Of a stretch of DNA of 63,895 bases, positions 17,911 through 25,644 are shown one piece after another. Under the pieces are notes generated by a model. That model worked only from the letters and a program-made list of their open reading frames with translations. It did not search any database and was not told where the DNA came from. A program made the translations under genes and the position numbers. Source of the DNA: a virus; the IMG/VR virus record IMGVR_UViG_3300021256_000015, positions 1 through 63,895 of that record. The stretch is one strand, 5' to 3'. Each line of letters starts with the position of its first letter. The first letter of the stretch is position 1.

Positions 17911-18164
17911 AATTCGACAATAAATCGGTAATAAAATTGAGTGAAAAGATGATTTTTTGACAATTCCAGTGGTCCACCACTGGACGGTTTCTCGATTATT
18001 ATTACCCCTAAACTCCCGAATAGTTCGGCATTTAAGCGATTTATTGTGGAAATATCATCTAATTTTGGATAAATTAGTGATATTGCCGCCCTTATGCTTT
18101 GATACTGTGTACGTTTAGGATGTTTCGAGAAATCGAAGGGACAATAATTCGGTAATTATTGTGA

Positions 18165-18779
18165 TTACTTGACGCTATCTGTAGTTGATGGCGCATTGCT
18201 TACTACTTCTGTATTTTGTTTTTTTGCATCTCTATTTTCAGACACTCTTACTATTGCATTAACGGCAATCAGCAACACAACGCCACTGATAATCATTAAT
18301 ATCATGGCATTTTTTTTGTGCTTTTTCACGTCATTTGGATTTGCCTGCATAGTGGGAACGTCATAGTACTTATAACCTTGCACGGTTTGATATCCCCTGA
18401 CATTATTCCTATATCGCCTATCTATTATTGCCTCTTGCACTACTTCATATCTCCTATATCTTATTGTTTTCTTATTGTAGGATGAGAGGGATTTAAAAAA
18501 GCAGATGACAGCTGCCAGTCCAAATGTCAATACAATAGCGACGATCCACGCTATCATTCTATTGGTTGTGGTTTCAGGCACATACTCAAAATCACTATTA
18601 CCCGTTGGCATGGCATTGTTTGCCAATGGCGGTGGAGTGCCATTGCCTACGCCTCTGATTGGTGTGCTATGAGCATCGCCGAATGTTTGATTACTTACTA
18701 CACGTCCAGCGTCACGTCCTACCTGATTAACTGCGGAACGTACAAACCCTTTGCCGAGATTGCTCAGATAATTTCCCAT
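18165..18779 (-). CDS. Two-TM membrane protein co-transcribed with the repressor (204 aa)
   Basis: TM helices MIAWIVAIVLTFGLAAVICFF and AMILMIISGVVLLIAVNAIV. Starts 5 nt downstream of the repressor stop. Confidence 0.65.
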   Translation of the reverse strand: MGNYLSNLGKGFVRSAVNQVGRDAGRVVSNQTFGDAHSTPIRGVGNGTPPPLANNAMPTGNSDFEYVPETTTNRMIAWIVAIVLTFGLAAVICFFKSLSSYNKKTIRYRRYEVVQEAIIDRRYRNNVRGYQTVQGYKYYDVPTMQANPNDVKKHKKNAMILMIISGVVLLIAVNAIVRVSENRDAKKQNTEVVSNAPSTTDSVK

Positions 18780-18784
18780 AGTGC

Positions 18785-19141
18785 TTATTTGTTTTGATTT
18801 TTTAGATTTTCATTTTCTCTTTGCAGTGCATCAATCGTCCTTTGCTTTTCCTCGACGATTGATTGCATTTCGCCAATTGTGGCGATGAGTTTAGATAGCC
18901 GGTCATTTGTTTGACTGGCTATCTCTGTTTTGTACATGGGGCCATCCCCTCGCATGAGCCATTCGGCAGATACGTTTGGAAAACTCGCAAGTATTAATTC
19001 GATTGTGTCCAGCCCTAATGCACGGCGACCAGTGATGTAATTGTTGAGCGTGGTGTACTTAATCCCACAAGCGATTGCAAAAGCCCGACTGGTGAGGTTA
19101 TTTGCGATAATAAGCTCATTAATTCTCTTAATAATTTCCAT
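18785..19141 (-). CDS. CI-like HTH repressor (118 aa)
   Basis: LTSRAFAIACGIKYTTLNNYITGRR...AEWLMRGDGPMY plus a C-terminal coiled coil. Divergent from the early genes. Confidence 0.75.
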   Translation of the reverse strand: MEIIKRINELIIANNLTSRAFAIACGIKYTTLNNYITGRRALGLDTIELILASFPNVSAEWLMRGDGPMYKTEIASQTNDRLSKLIATIGEMQSIVEEKQRTIDALQRENENLKNQNK

Positions 19142-19194
19142 AATAAAAAAAACAAACTAACGTGTCCTAAAATGTAACCAAATGTTAAATATCT

Positions 19195-19254
19195 TCATTT
19201 GGCGATATTTTTTCTCAAAAAAATTTGCATATATCGTCATCTGGCGATACTTTT
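19195..19254. promoter_or_regulatory. Divergent control region with two TCATYTGGCGATAYTTTT operator-like repeats
   Basis: Repeats at 19195-19212 and 19237-19254 (42 bp apart). The second overlaps a TACTTTTG -7 box. Confidence 0.5.
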
Positions 19255-19335
19255 GCAACAACAAACAAACTTAGATGCAAATATAGTGCATTTGTTTGGA
19301 ATAACAATAAGTATCACTCAAAAAAAATTACCGCT

Positions 19336-19617
19336 ATGAACGAAAAGAAAAATGAGTCAATTGAGACCAAAGAGACTAACGAACAGACACCAGTAAATCA
19401 GTTGTCAAGGAATGAAATTGAGGCAACAGTTGATGAACTGCGAGCCTACAAGTGTGCGGCAGATGGGAAAATCGCATCCCTTGAAAAAGAAATCGAGAAA
19501 AAGAAGGAGTCCGTGAGCTACTGGATGGACTGCTACACCAAAGCGAGAACCGAATGCGACACACTCAAAGAGGAGATTGCAGCCATCGCCACCCTCGCTG
19601 CCAAACTCGCAAAGTAA
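19336..19617 (+). CDS. Coiled-coil protein (93 aa), first rightward gene
   Basis: ATG start after the control region; heptad-rich EKEIEKKKESV...LKEEIAAIATLAAKLAK. Confidence 0.55.
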   Translation: MNEKKNESIETKETNEQTPVNQLSRNEIEATVDELRAYKCAADGKIASLEKEIEKKKESVSYWMDCYTKARTECDTLKEEIAAIATLAAKLAK

Positions 19618-19644
19618 CCCGCGCCGATAAGTCAAACCACCATA

Positions 19645-19717
19645 GCGGCTTTAGCTCAGCGATGAGAGAGCGCTTACAAGAGGTAAGAGGTCATCGGTGC
19701 AATCCCGATAAGTCGCA
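19645..19717 (+). ncRNA. tRNA-shaped element 1 with a 5-nt (or atypical 7-nt) anticodon loop
   Basis: Hand fold gives acceptor gcggctt/aagtcgc, D stem gctc/gagc and T stem atcgg/ccgat. The anticodon arm is cttac-aagag-gtaag and the T loop is tgcaatc. Confidence 0.45.
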
Positions 19718-20005
19718 CAAAGCCCGAAAGGGCAACCAAAGTAGAGTTCCTTGACGTACTTGATTAATCCGCTGAAACCGCTATAAATCAGATGTGGCAA
19801 GTCAGCGATGAGCAATACACTGGAAGTAGCCTAACCGCCAAGACCCTATCAGGCGAGCGGTGAACGCAATAAGAGTGACATCCGAGCGAGAGCGAAAGGC
19901 AGTGATGCGAGAAACCCTGCAAATGCAGGTCACGAATATTGAGGCGTGTAAGACCTCAATAGAGTAAGAACTATCATTGCAAACAATGCAATCCAATTAT
20001 ATTTC
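19718..20005 (+). ncRNA. Structured non-coding RNA candidate (~290 nt) flanked by tRNA-shaped elements
   Basis: No credible ORF. Tetraloop hairpins gccc-gaaa-gggc, cctgc-aaat-gcagg, cattg-caaa-caatg and a 7-bp attgagg/cctcaat stem. Confidence 0.4.
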
Positions 20006-20089
20006 CGACGCAGGTAGTTAAGCATGGAGTGCCAAGTGCCAGAACGCCTCGACATCGAGGAAGTGCGAGTTCGAGCCTCGCCCTGCGTC
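20006..20089 (+). ncRNA. tRNA-shaped element 3 (canonical T arm, 8-bp acceptor, 4-nt 'anticodon' loop)
   Basis: Hand fold gives gacgcagg/cctgcgtc, T arm gcgag-ttcgagc-ctcgc and arm cctcg-acat-cgagg. The D region is expanded and contains the tandem agtgcca agtgcca. Confidence 0.45.
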
Positions 20090-20218
20090 CTAAACTAAAT
20101 TATATCGCTATGATAAAAGTCATAACACAAGCGTTCAAGCGTGATGAGGATGGAAGTTATCCCATAGTACTTGAACAACGCAAAATATATCTACTCGGTA
20201 TTCTAATCTACAAAAGAG

Positions 20219-20554
20219 TCAGAGAGATAAATACACCTGAAATGATACGGAATTGGAAGTCGCTTGCTGAGTAGTTTTTGCTGCTTTGGCTCCAATGTTG
20301 AAAGTACCAAAGAGCACTGACAACCCTCCACCACTATCTTGTTTGTCATCATGGGCGAGGGTTACGTTGAAGTCAACGACTGAAACTGGATATTGATTGA
20401 CGTTAGTCACATTGGCGATTACTGATTTTTCAGAGATATATTGTTGTGAACCTCTGACCAGATTACATTTCGCATCTTTAACGCCTTGATGTGCCTCATT
20501 CACACCCTCTGCAATCTGTACGAGGGTTTCCTTTACAAAAGTCTTTAAGTCCAT
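20219..20554 (-). CDS. Trypco2-like small protein (111 aa), opposite-strand moron
   Basis: MDLKTFVKETLVQIAEGVNEAHQ...VVDFNVTLAHDD...GG...SVSFQVYLSL resembles the trypsin-co-occurring domain 2 pattern. A - strand TAACTTTG box lies upstream. Confidence 0.45.
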   Translation of the reverse strand: MDLKTFVKETLVQIAEGVNEAHQGVKDAKCNLVRGSQQYISEKSVIANVTNVNQYPVSVVDFNVTLAHDDKQDSGGGLSVLFGTFNIGAKAAKTTQQATSNSVSFQVYLSL

Positions 20555-20682
20555 AGTATTTCTGAATTTGATAGTTAGCGATTGCAAAGTTAAGAAATAT
20601 CTCGGATAAATTAGACTTTTGCCACCGTGAAGCAATGCCCTGCCTCACGGTTTTTAACAGAATAACCAACACCTTTAATAAT

Positions 20683-20883
20683 ATGGAAAAAGTAAAAGAA
20701 CCAATCACCCCCAAGTTAAGAGCCATGCTAATCGGCGAAACTCTTACTTATCCCATTGGACGCTCCAACACCATCCGTAAGATTATATGGACTAATATGC
20801 TGAAAGAGCGTTCAGAGGGTATGCGGTTTTCGTGCAATAACGATATTGAGAAAAAAATCGTAATAGTGACGCGGATCGCATGA
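20683..20883 (+). CDS. Hypothetical protein (66 aa)
   Basis: ATG start; ATGA overlap with the next gene. Confidence 0.5.
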   Translation: MEKVKEPITPKLRAMLIGETLTYPIGRSNTIRKIIWTNMLKERSEGMRFSCNNDIEKKIVIVTRIA

Positions 20884-21143
20884 AACAGATGAACGCCCCT
20901 GCCATTCATCTTGAGAATATCTTGATGGCGATGGCAAACAAATCATTCTGCAAAACCACCGCCGCCGAGATTGTAGGCGGACGCACCCGGTTAGTGAGGC
21001 TTGTAGAGAGTGGCGAGATAAGGGCCACAAAGACATCCAGGCAACAGAACGGGCGATGGTATTGCAACGCAGCTGACGTGCTCAGGCACTGTAAGAACAT
21101 GAGAAAAAATCGTAAGTCAAACCAAAAACCAACAGAGAAATGA
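20880..21143 (+). CDS. Putative HTH DNA-binding protein (87 aa)
   Basis: TTAAEIVGGRTRLVRLVESGEIRA...GRWYCNAADVLRH resembles excisionase/MerR-type HTH. Confidence 0.45.
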   Translation: MKQMNAPAIHLENILMAMANKSFCKTTAAEIVGGRTRLVRLVESGEIRATKTSRQQNGRWYCNAADVLRHCKNMRKNRKSNQKPTEK

Positions 21144-21304
21144 GAACAATCAAAACCATCATCGCTGCAATATGCTTTTGCGGCTTGTTTTTCACACCCG
21201 ATGAAAATGCACCATTAAAGACCTATTTTGTATGGTTTTTCATCGAGTTAATATTAGTTACTGTTTGCTACCTCATCTTCAAGAGCGAGGAAAAGCAGTC
21301 ATAG
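21140..21304 (+). CDS. 54-aa membrane protein (absent from the ORF track)
   Basis: MRTIKTIIAAICFCGLFF...FVWFFIELILVTVCYLIF. ATGA overlap; leader motif at 21114-24. Confidence 0.5.
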   Translation: MRTIKTIIAAICFCGLFFTPDENAPLKTYFVWFFIELILVTVCYLIFKSEEKQS

Positions 21305-21312
21305 CACACATG

Positions 21313-21408
21313 GCCAGTGTAGTTTAATGCAGAACAGCAGCGCACTGTGCTTCATCTTGTTTACCAAAACTCCGCTGCAAGGTGTGAGTTCGTTACTCAC
21401 CACTGGCA
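21313..21408 (+). ncRNA. tRNA-shaped element 2 with a 30-nt loop in place of the anticodon loop
   Basis: Hand fold gives acceptor gccagtg/cactggc, D arm gtt-taatgcag-aac and stem gcagcg/cgctgc enclosing 30 nt. The T arm is gtgag-ttcgtta-ctcac. Confidence 0.4.
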
Positions 21409-21610
21409 CTAAAGTCCGTGAGGATTTATGATTTTCATATCAGAAAAAGTAAGTCATAAAAATTTAAATAGCAGAGCCCGAGAGGGTGAAGTTACTTGCA
21501 CAACAAAACAAACTAACGTTGCCCCATTCGTGGGGCACACCCATCACAGTGCGTGGCACACTGAAAAAAGCCACATGGGTAATTATTTTCATAAGTACGA
21601 GTTTGGTTAG

Positions 21611-21642
21611 GCATAGTGGCTGTGAGGTCACTATGCTTTTTT
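21611..21642 (+). terminator. Hairpin gcatagtg-N10-cactatgc plus T6
   Basis: 8-bp stem followed by tttttt. Confidence 0.75.
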
Positions 21643-21885
21643 AAGACACTACTAAACGTTCAACGATAACCCTCTAAACGAAGAACAAAGAGGGCTTCTT
21701 TAAATTTCTGCTATAACCGCAGTCATGGGTGCCACTAACAGAGAGGAGGTGGTTAAACACAAATGCCCATGACTGCACCATCACCACCAGCTGCGGTGGC
21801 AAATGCAGCGATAAATTGAATAGCGGAGCGCAAGAGTGCGCGTAAGAACCGCTCCAGTCGTGTACTGGAACATTCTAATAGCGGT

Positions 21886-21944
21886 GAGGTGTGGCAGCAA
21901 GCAAAGTCATTCCTAATTTTTTAAGTGGGCCACACCTCTTTTTT
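21886..21944 (+). terminator. Long hairpin gaggtgtggc...gccacacctc plus T6
   Basis: 10-bp stem with a 33-nt loop, followed by tttttt. Confidence 0.55.
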
Positions 21945-21969
21945 ATTTCATCATCAAATCATCATCACA

Positions 21970-22200
21970 ATGGAAGAGCCGATCACTTCAAAATCAGTCT
22001 TTGCCGGCACTCGCTGTTATCATTTTGACGCACGTGAAGATGTCCAAGGCGACCCATACCTGCAGATTGTTGAATGTCCGACAAAAGGCGGTAAAGGCAA
22101 ACGCCAGCGTATTTTCATCCATGCCCGCGACCTCGACAAATTCAGGGACGCAGTAGTGGAAATGACAGAGCGTTGCAAAGAGCATTTCGCAAAACGTTAG
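21970..22200 (+). CDS. PUR-alpha-like ssDNA/RNA-binding protein (DUF3276-like, 76 aa)
   Basis: AGTRCYHFDAREDVQGDPYLQIVECPTKGGKGKRQRIFIHARDLDKFRDAV fits the DUF3276 pattern. Confidence 0.55.
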   Translation: MEEPITSKSVFAGTRCYHFDAREDVQGDPYLQIVECPTKGGKGKRQRIFIHARDLDKFRDAVVEMTERCKEHFAKR

Positions 22201-22202
22201 TA

Positions 22203-22297
22203 AGAGTTAAGGCGCTAAAATGGCGTTCAATTTATTGCCTGTAACTTGCTAACAATGATTAAATTTGCATTGAATTAAATAACTATAAGTCAAACCA
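22203..22297 (+). promoter_or_regulatory. Early promoter cassette A
   Basis: AGAGTTAAGGCGCTAAAATGGCG box, TTG -33, TAAATTTG -7 (22260-67), leader AAGTCAAACCA (22287-97). Confidence 0.6.
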
Positions 22298-22313
22298 TTT
22301 AAACTGAATTGAC

Positions 22314-22958
22314 ATGGAACAAAACCCAGTTACATTCATGAGTGCCGAAATCAATGAGATTTCCGCTGCACTATCTGCTTTTCAGGGTACATTGAAACAG
22401 CCTGAGTTAAGCAAAGAAGTAAAAGTGAAGACTCGTCAAGGTGGCGAGTACAAGTTCAAGTATGCAGACCTCTCGACCTGCGTCAAAGCTGCCGCTCCCA
22501 CACTGAAGGAGAATGACCTTGCCGTTACACAGATAATTAGTAGTGGCACCCTCATCACCCTACTCACTCACAAGAGCGGGCAATGGTTTAGGAGTGAAGT
22601 TGGAATTGGCACCCCTGCCGATTACCAGGCACTCGGATCTGCAATCACCTACCTCAAGCGTTACAGCTATTGCGCCATCCTCGGAATTGTCGCTGACAGT
22701 GACGACGATGCAAATGCCGCTTGTGGCAATGAGGCTGACGTGACAGACAGAGGCGCGTCAAAGAGCCGTAAGACTTCCGGAGTGGCGTTCACTGGAGCGC
22801 AACTCAAGAAAGCAATCGCCGAAATTGAGGCGTGCACCACCAATTCCGAGTACACTGAGATTTGGGAAAAATACCAAAAGGAAATCCCAGCTCTGTGTGT
22901 CAAAGGCACCGAGTTCTATAACGCCTGCATCAAAAAAGCTAACGAGTTGCAGGGATGA
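22314..22958 (+). CDS. ERF-family single-strand annealing protein
   Basis: YKFKYADLSTCVKAAAPTL...GSAITYLKRYSYCAILGI matches the ERF superfamily core. Confidence 0.75.
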   Translation: MEQNPVTFMSAEINEISAALSAFQGTLKQPELSKEVKVKTRQGGEYKFKYADLSTCVKAAAPTLKENDLAVTQIISSGTLITLLTHKSGQWFRSEVGIGTPADYQALGSAITYLKRYSYCAILGIVADSDDDANAACGNEADVTDRGASKSRKTSGVAFTGAQLKKAIAEIEACTTNSEYTEIWEKYQKEIPALCVKGTEFYNACIKKANELQG

Positions 22959-24052
22959 GCAAGTTAGTATTACCCCAATCGCCAGTAGTCTTTGAGGAAA
23001 ATCCTCACGGCTACTGGCTGGAGGGTAAACGCTTGAGCGGTATCACTGGACTAATCCATGCGATACTTCAACTCGGTGTTTATCATGGAGCGAATGAGTT
23101 TGCCAAACAAGTTGCCATACCTCGTGCAGGTCACTATGGGACATCTGTCCACAATTCCATTGAGACTTACGACAAGTACGGCATCAAAGTGACAGCTTTC
23201 CCCGAAGTTTCATTCAAAACCAAGGACTATGGCCCAATAATCTGCGGTCCTTTTGATGTGTCGCAGGAACTTGAAACCTACATCAAACATCGTGAGGGCT
23301 TCGAGCCTATCGCCAATGAGTACACTGTAAGCGATGGAAAACAATATGCCAGTAATATTGATAACGTCTGGCGCAAGATTTCCACACAGGGTATTTGGCT
23401 TATTGACACAAAAACCAACAACCTCGATTATTACCCTGGCGGTGCTGAGGGCTTAAAGCAATACCTCTCATGGCAGTTATCAATATATGCGGTCTTATTT
23501 GAAGCCCAAACTGGATTGAAAGTCGAGGGACTTGCGTGCAACTGGTTAAGAAAGGACGCAGGAGAGTTTTGGGAAATCAAGCGTCAACCTGATGCACTTG
23601 TTAGAGCGTTGCTTGAGAACACCAAAGCCGAGTGGCGTGACTACACCATGCCACCGCCCCACGGTTGGAAGTACACATGGACAGCGAGCAGTGAACTTTG
23701 GTTGACATTGACCACTCCTGCGACAAAAGCACTTGCAGAATTAGAAGAGCAGAAACAAGTCGTAGGAGTCCAAGTAATCAATAAAATCACAGACCTATTG
23801 CGTCAAGAGAAGGAACTCAAAACCCTCATGGACAAGTTCAAAACACAACTGAAAGCAGCGATGAAAGCCAACGGCATCAAGTCATTTGAGTGTGCTACAT
23901 TCAAAGCCACCATCGGAGCTGACAGTTTCCCTATCACATTCAATACAAAGAAATTCAAAGAAGAGCACCCAGACCTTTACCACCAATATTCAAGTGAGGG
24001 TTTTCGTGCTGGAAGTTTCACTCTTAAATTAAAAGACAATGAGCGTAAATAA
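22955..24052 (+). CDS. PD-(D/E)XK-type exonuclease, putative partner of ERF
   Basis: IDNVW...IWLIDTKTN...LSIYA resembles the D...(D/E)xK core. Position is between the annealase and SSB. Confidence 0.55.
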   Translation: MSKLVLPQSPVVFEENPHGYWLEGKRLSGITGLIHAILQLGVYHGANEFAKQVAIPRAGHYGTSVHNSIETYDKYGIKVTAFPEVSFKTKDYGPIICGPFDVSQELETYIKHREGFEPIANEYTVSDGKQYASNIDNVWRKISTQGIWLIDTKTNNLDYYPGGAEGLKQYLSWQLSIYAVLFEAQTGLKVEGLACNWLRKDAGEFWEIKRQPDALVRALLENTKAEWRDYTMPPPHGWKYTWTASSELWLTLTTPATKALAELEEQKQVVGVQVINKITDLLRQEKELKTLMDKFKTQLKAAMKANGIKSFECATFKATIGADSFPITFNTKKFKEEHPDLYHQYSSEGFRAGSFTLKLKDNERK

Positions 24053-24665
24053 AGTCCTCCTTTTAGGGAATGTGGGCAAGCAGCCCGAAGTGAGAAATAG
24101 CAACGGAGTCAAGGTTGTAACGTTCAGTTTAGCAACTACCGACAAAGCTTACACTAAGCAAGATGGCACCCAAGTACCTGAACGCACCGAATGGCACAAC
24201 ATAGTCATGTTCAAGCGGAATGCCGAGGTTGCAGAGCGATACATCAACAAGGGGAGTCGCCTCTACATCGAGGGCAAGCTAAGAACTCGCGACTATGAGA
24301 GCAACGGCATCAAAAAGTATGTCACAGAGGTAATATGCGACTACTTTGAGATGTTAGGAGGTGGTCAGAGAAACGAGGCACCTGCACCACAGGCACAGCA
24401 GTACCAGCAGCCACAGCAGTACCAACAGCCATACCAGCAGCAAGCATATCAGCCGCAGTACCAGCAGCCACAATATCAGCCTGCACCACAACCTGCACCG
24501 ATGCCAGCCCCCACGCCAATGCCTACCTACCAACCTCAACCACAACCGCAGGCATACGCACCACAGCCACAGCCCGCACCACAACCACAAGTGCAGCAGC
24601 CACAGCCTCAACAGCAAGCGCAAAACGCTCCACTTGGAGTTGATGACCTCCCTTTCTCAAACTGA
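24039..24665 (+). CDS. ssb: Single-stranded DNA-binding protein
   Basis: OB-fold N-terminus (NKVLLLGNVGKQPEVR...TEWHNIVMF...LYIEGKLRTRDYE), Q/P-rich linker and a DDLPF tail. Confidence 0.95.
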   Translation: MSVNKVLLLGNVGKQPEVRNSNGVKVVTFSLATTDKAYTKQDGTQVPERTEWHNIVMFKRNAEVAERYINKGSRLYIEGKLRTRDYESNGIKKYVTEVICDYFEMLGGGQRNEAPAPQAQQYQQPQQYQQPYQQQAYQPQYQQPQYQPAPQPAPMPAPTPMPTYQPQPQPQAYAPQPQPAPQPQVQQPQPQQQAQNAPLGVDDLPFSN

Positions 24666-25087
24666 TGGAAACGTCAACCACACTCACTAAGTTAGACGGC
24701 AAAGTGAGCATGGATAAATCTTTCGATTATCTGTGCTCACTTTTGCGTAACGGTGTCTATGTCGTAAGCATCAAACGTAAGACTGAGCCTCGCACAGTAT
24801 CACAAAACGCTCTCATGTGGATGTGGTTTAAGTGCATGGAAGAGCATACTGGAACCGAGAAAAAGGACTGGCACGACTACTATTGCAGCAAGTTCCTTTT
24901 GCGTGAGACCGCAATTGGTAATAAGCGTTTCAGTGTAGTTGGTGGCACCAGTGGACTCAATACAGTGCAGATGTCGAACTTCATGGACAAAGTGCAAGCC
25001 GATGCCGCTGCTGAATGGGGAATAGTACTCCCATTGCCGGCCGATAGGCATTACCAAGAGTTTATTAATCATTATAGATACAGATAG
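24665..25087 (+). CDS. NinB/Orf-like recombination mediator, putative
   Basis: RTVSQNALMWMWFKCM...GGTSGLNTVQMSNFMDKVQADAAEWG parallels lambda NinB (RSLDQNRKLWACL...GQSTSRM...). Confidence 0.45.
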   Translation: METSTTLTKLDGKVSMDKSFDYLCSLLRNGVYVVSIKRKTEPRTVSQNALMWMWFKCMEEHTGTEKKDWHDYYCSKFLLRETAIGNKRFSVVGGTSGLNTVQMSNFMDKVQADAAAEWGIVLPLPADRHYQEFINHYRYR

Positions 25088-25089
25088 CT

Positions 25090-25644
25090 ATGAAAATTAC
25101 AAAAGCAAGATTGACCAAAGGAGGCTCATTGGAGGTCTCCTTTGTTGACGATGATGGCAATGATGTCACCATGAAGGGTAAGAACCCAGTACACAATGAC
25201 CTCAAAGAGCGACTGAACGCCCTAATTCCATTCTTTGCGGAGCTCACAGAGCAACGAGAAGTCCCGATGATTGATTGGGACCACTTAGATAGCGAAGAGA
25301 ACGAGGACTTGTTGCATCGCATTTCAGTGACTGGCGTTTCCATCAAAGGCGAAGAGGAGTGCAGCCAGTGCATGATAGTTGGCAAACGCACACTCTCTAC
25401 AAGCAAAGTACTGAGCCTTTGCAGTCCACTCACTGGTTTTGACCATGAGATAGAAACCTATGAGCGTTGTGACGATCTGAGGGACGCCGTTGATGCTTTT
25501 CTCTTTGAGGCAAAAGCCTATGTTAAAGATAAAAAGTGGCAAGTAGTCCACACTGAAATCAACTTCGACGGCAATCCTGATGACCCATTCGCTAATGTCG
25601 ATGTGACGGTAGAGGTGCCAGTTGATGATGCAGTACCAGCATGA
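25090..25644 (+). CDS. Hypothetical acidic protein (184 aa)
   Basis: ATG start 3 nt after the upstream stop; ATGA overlap downstream. Confidence 0.55.
   Translation: MKITKARLTKGGSLEVSFVDDDGNDVTMKGKNPVHNDLKERLNALIPFFAELTEQREVPMIDWDHLDSEENEDLLHRISVTGVSIKGEEECSQCMIVGKRTLSTSKVLSLCSPLTGFDHEIETYERCDDLRDAVDAFLFEAKAYVKDKKWQVVHTEINFDGNPDDPFANVDVTVEVPVDDAVPA

Larger units (their letters stand above)
21409..21969 (+). ncRNA. Structured non-coding region (two terminator-bounded units)
   Basis: gcccca-ttcg-tggggc; an 11-bp stem gcagtcatggg/cccatgactgc (21719-21776); nested ggagcg/cgctcc with gcgca-agag-tgcgc; ccagt/actgg. Confidence 0.4.

Noticed and set aside
19718-20005. Group I intron interpretation of the spacer RNA
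   Set aside because: Some stretches (CCAAG.CCCTA) faintly recall the group I J6/7-P7 region. However, the flanking tRNA-shaped elements have non-matching acceptor halves, so there is no split exon, and I could not identify P/Q/R/S elements by eye. A covariance-model search is needed.
19645-21408. Calling the three tRNA-shaped elements ordinary tRNA genes (or suppressor tRNAs with stop-codon recoding)
   Set aside because: Their anticodon loops are 4, 5 and 30 nt in my folds, U33 is missing, and two T loops are non-canonical. All large genes are intact under the standard code, so recoding is not indicated. They are listed as ncRNA candidates instead.
19554-21610. ORFs 19554-19754, 19802-19996 (-), 20029-20274 N-terminal part and 21428-21610
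   Set aside because: They run through the structured RNA and tRNA-shaped segments and have Arg/His/Ser-rich improbable products. A shorter 54-aa version (20110-20274) remains unresolved because it converges on, and overlaps, the trypco2-like gene by 56 nt.
24322-24711. Four overlapping ORFs in three other frames over the SSB 3' half
   Set aside because: They arise from the CAG/CCA-rich nucleotide repeats that encode the Q/P-rich SSB linker. The SSB frame ends in the canonical DDLPF tail.
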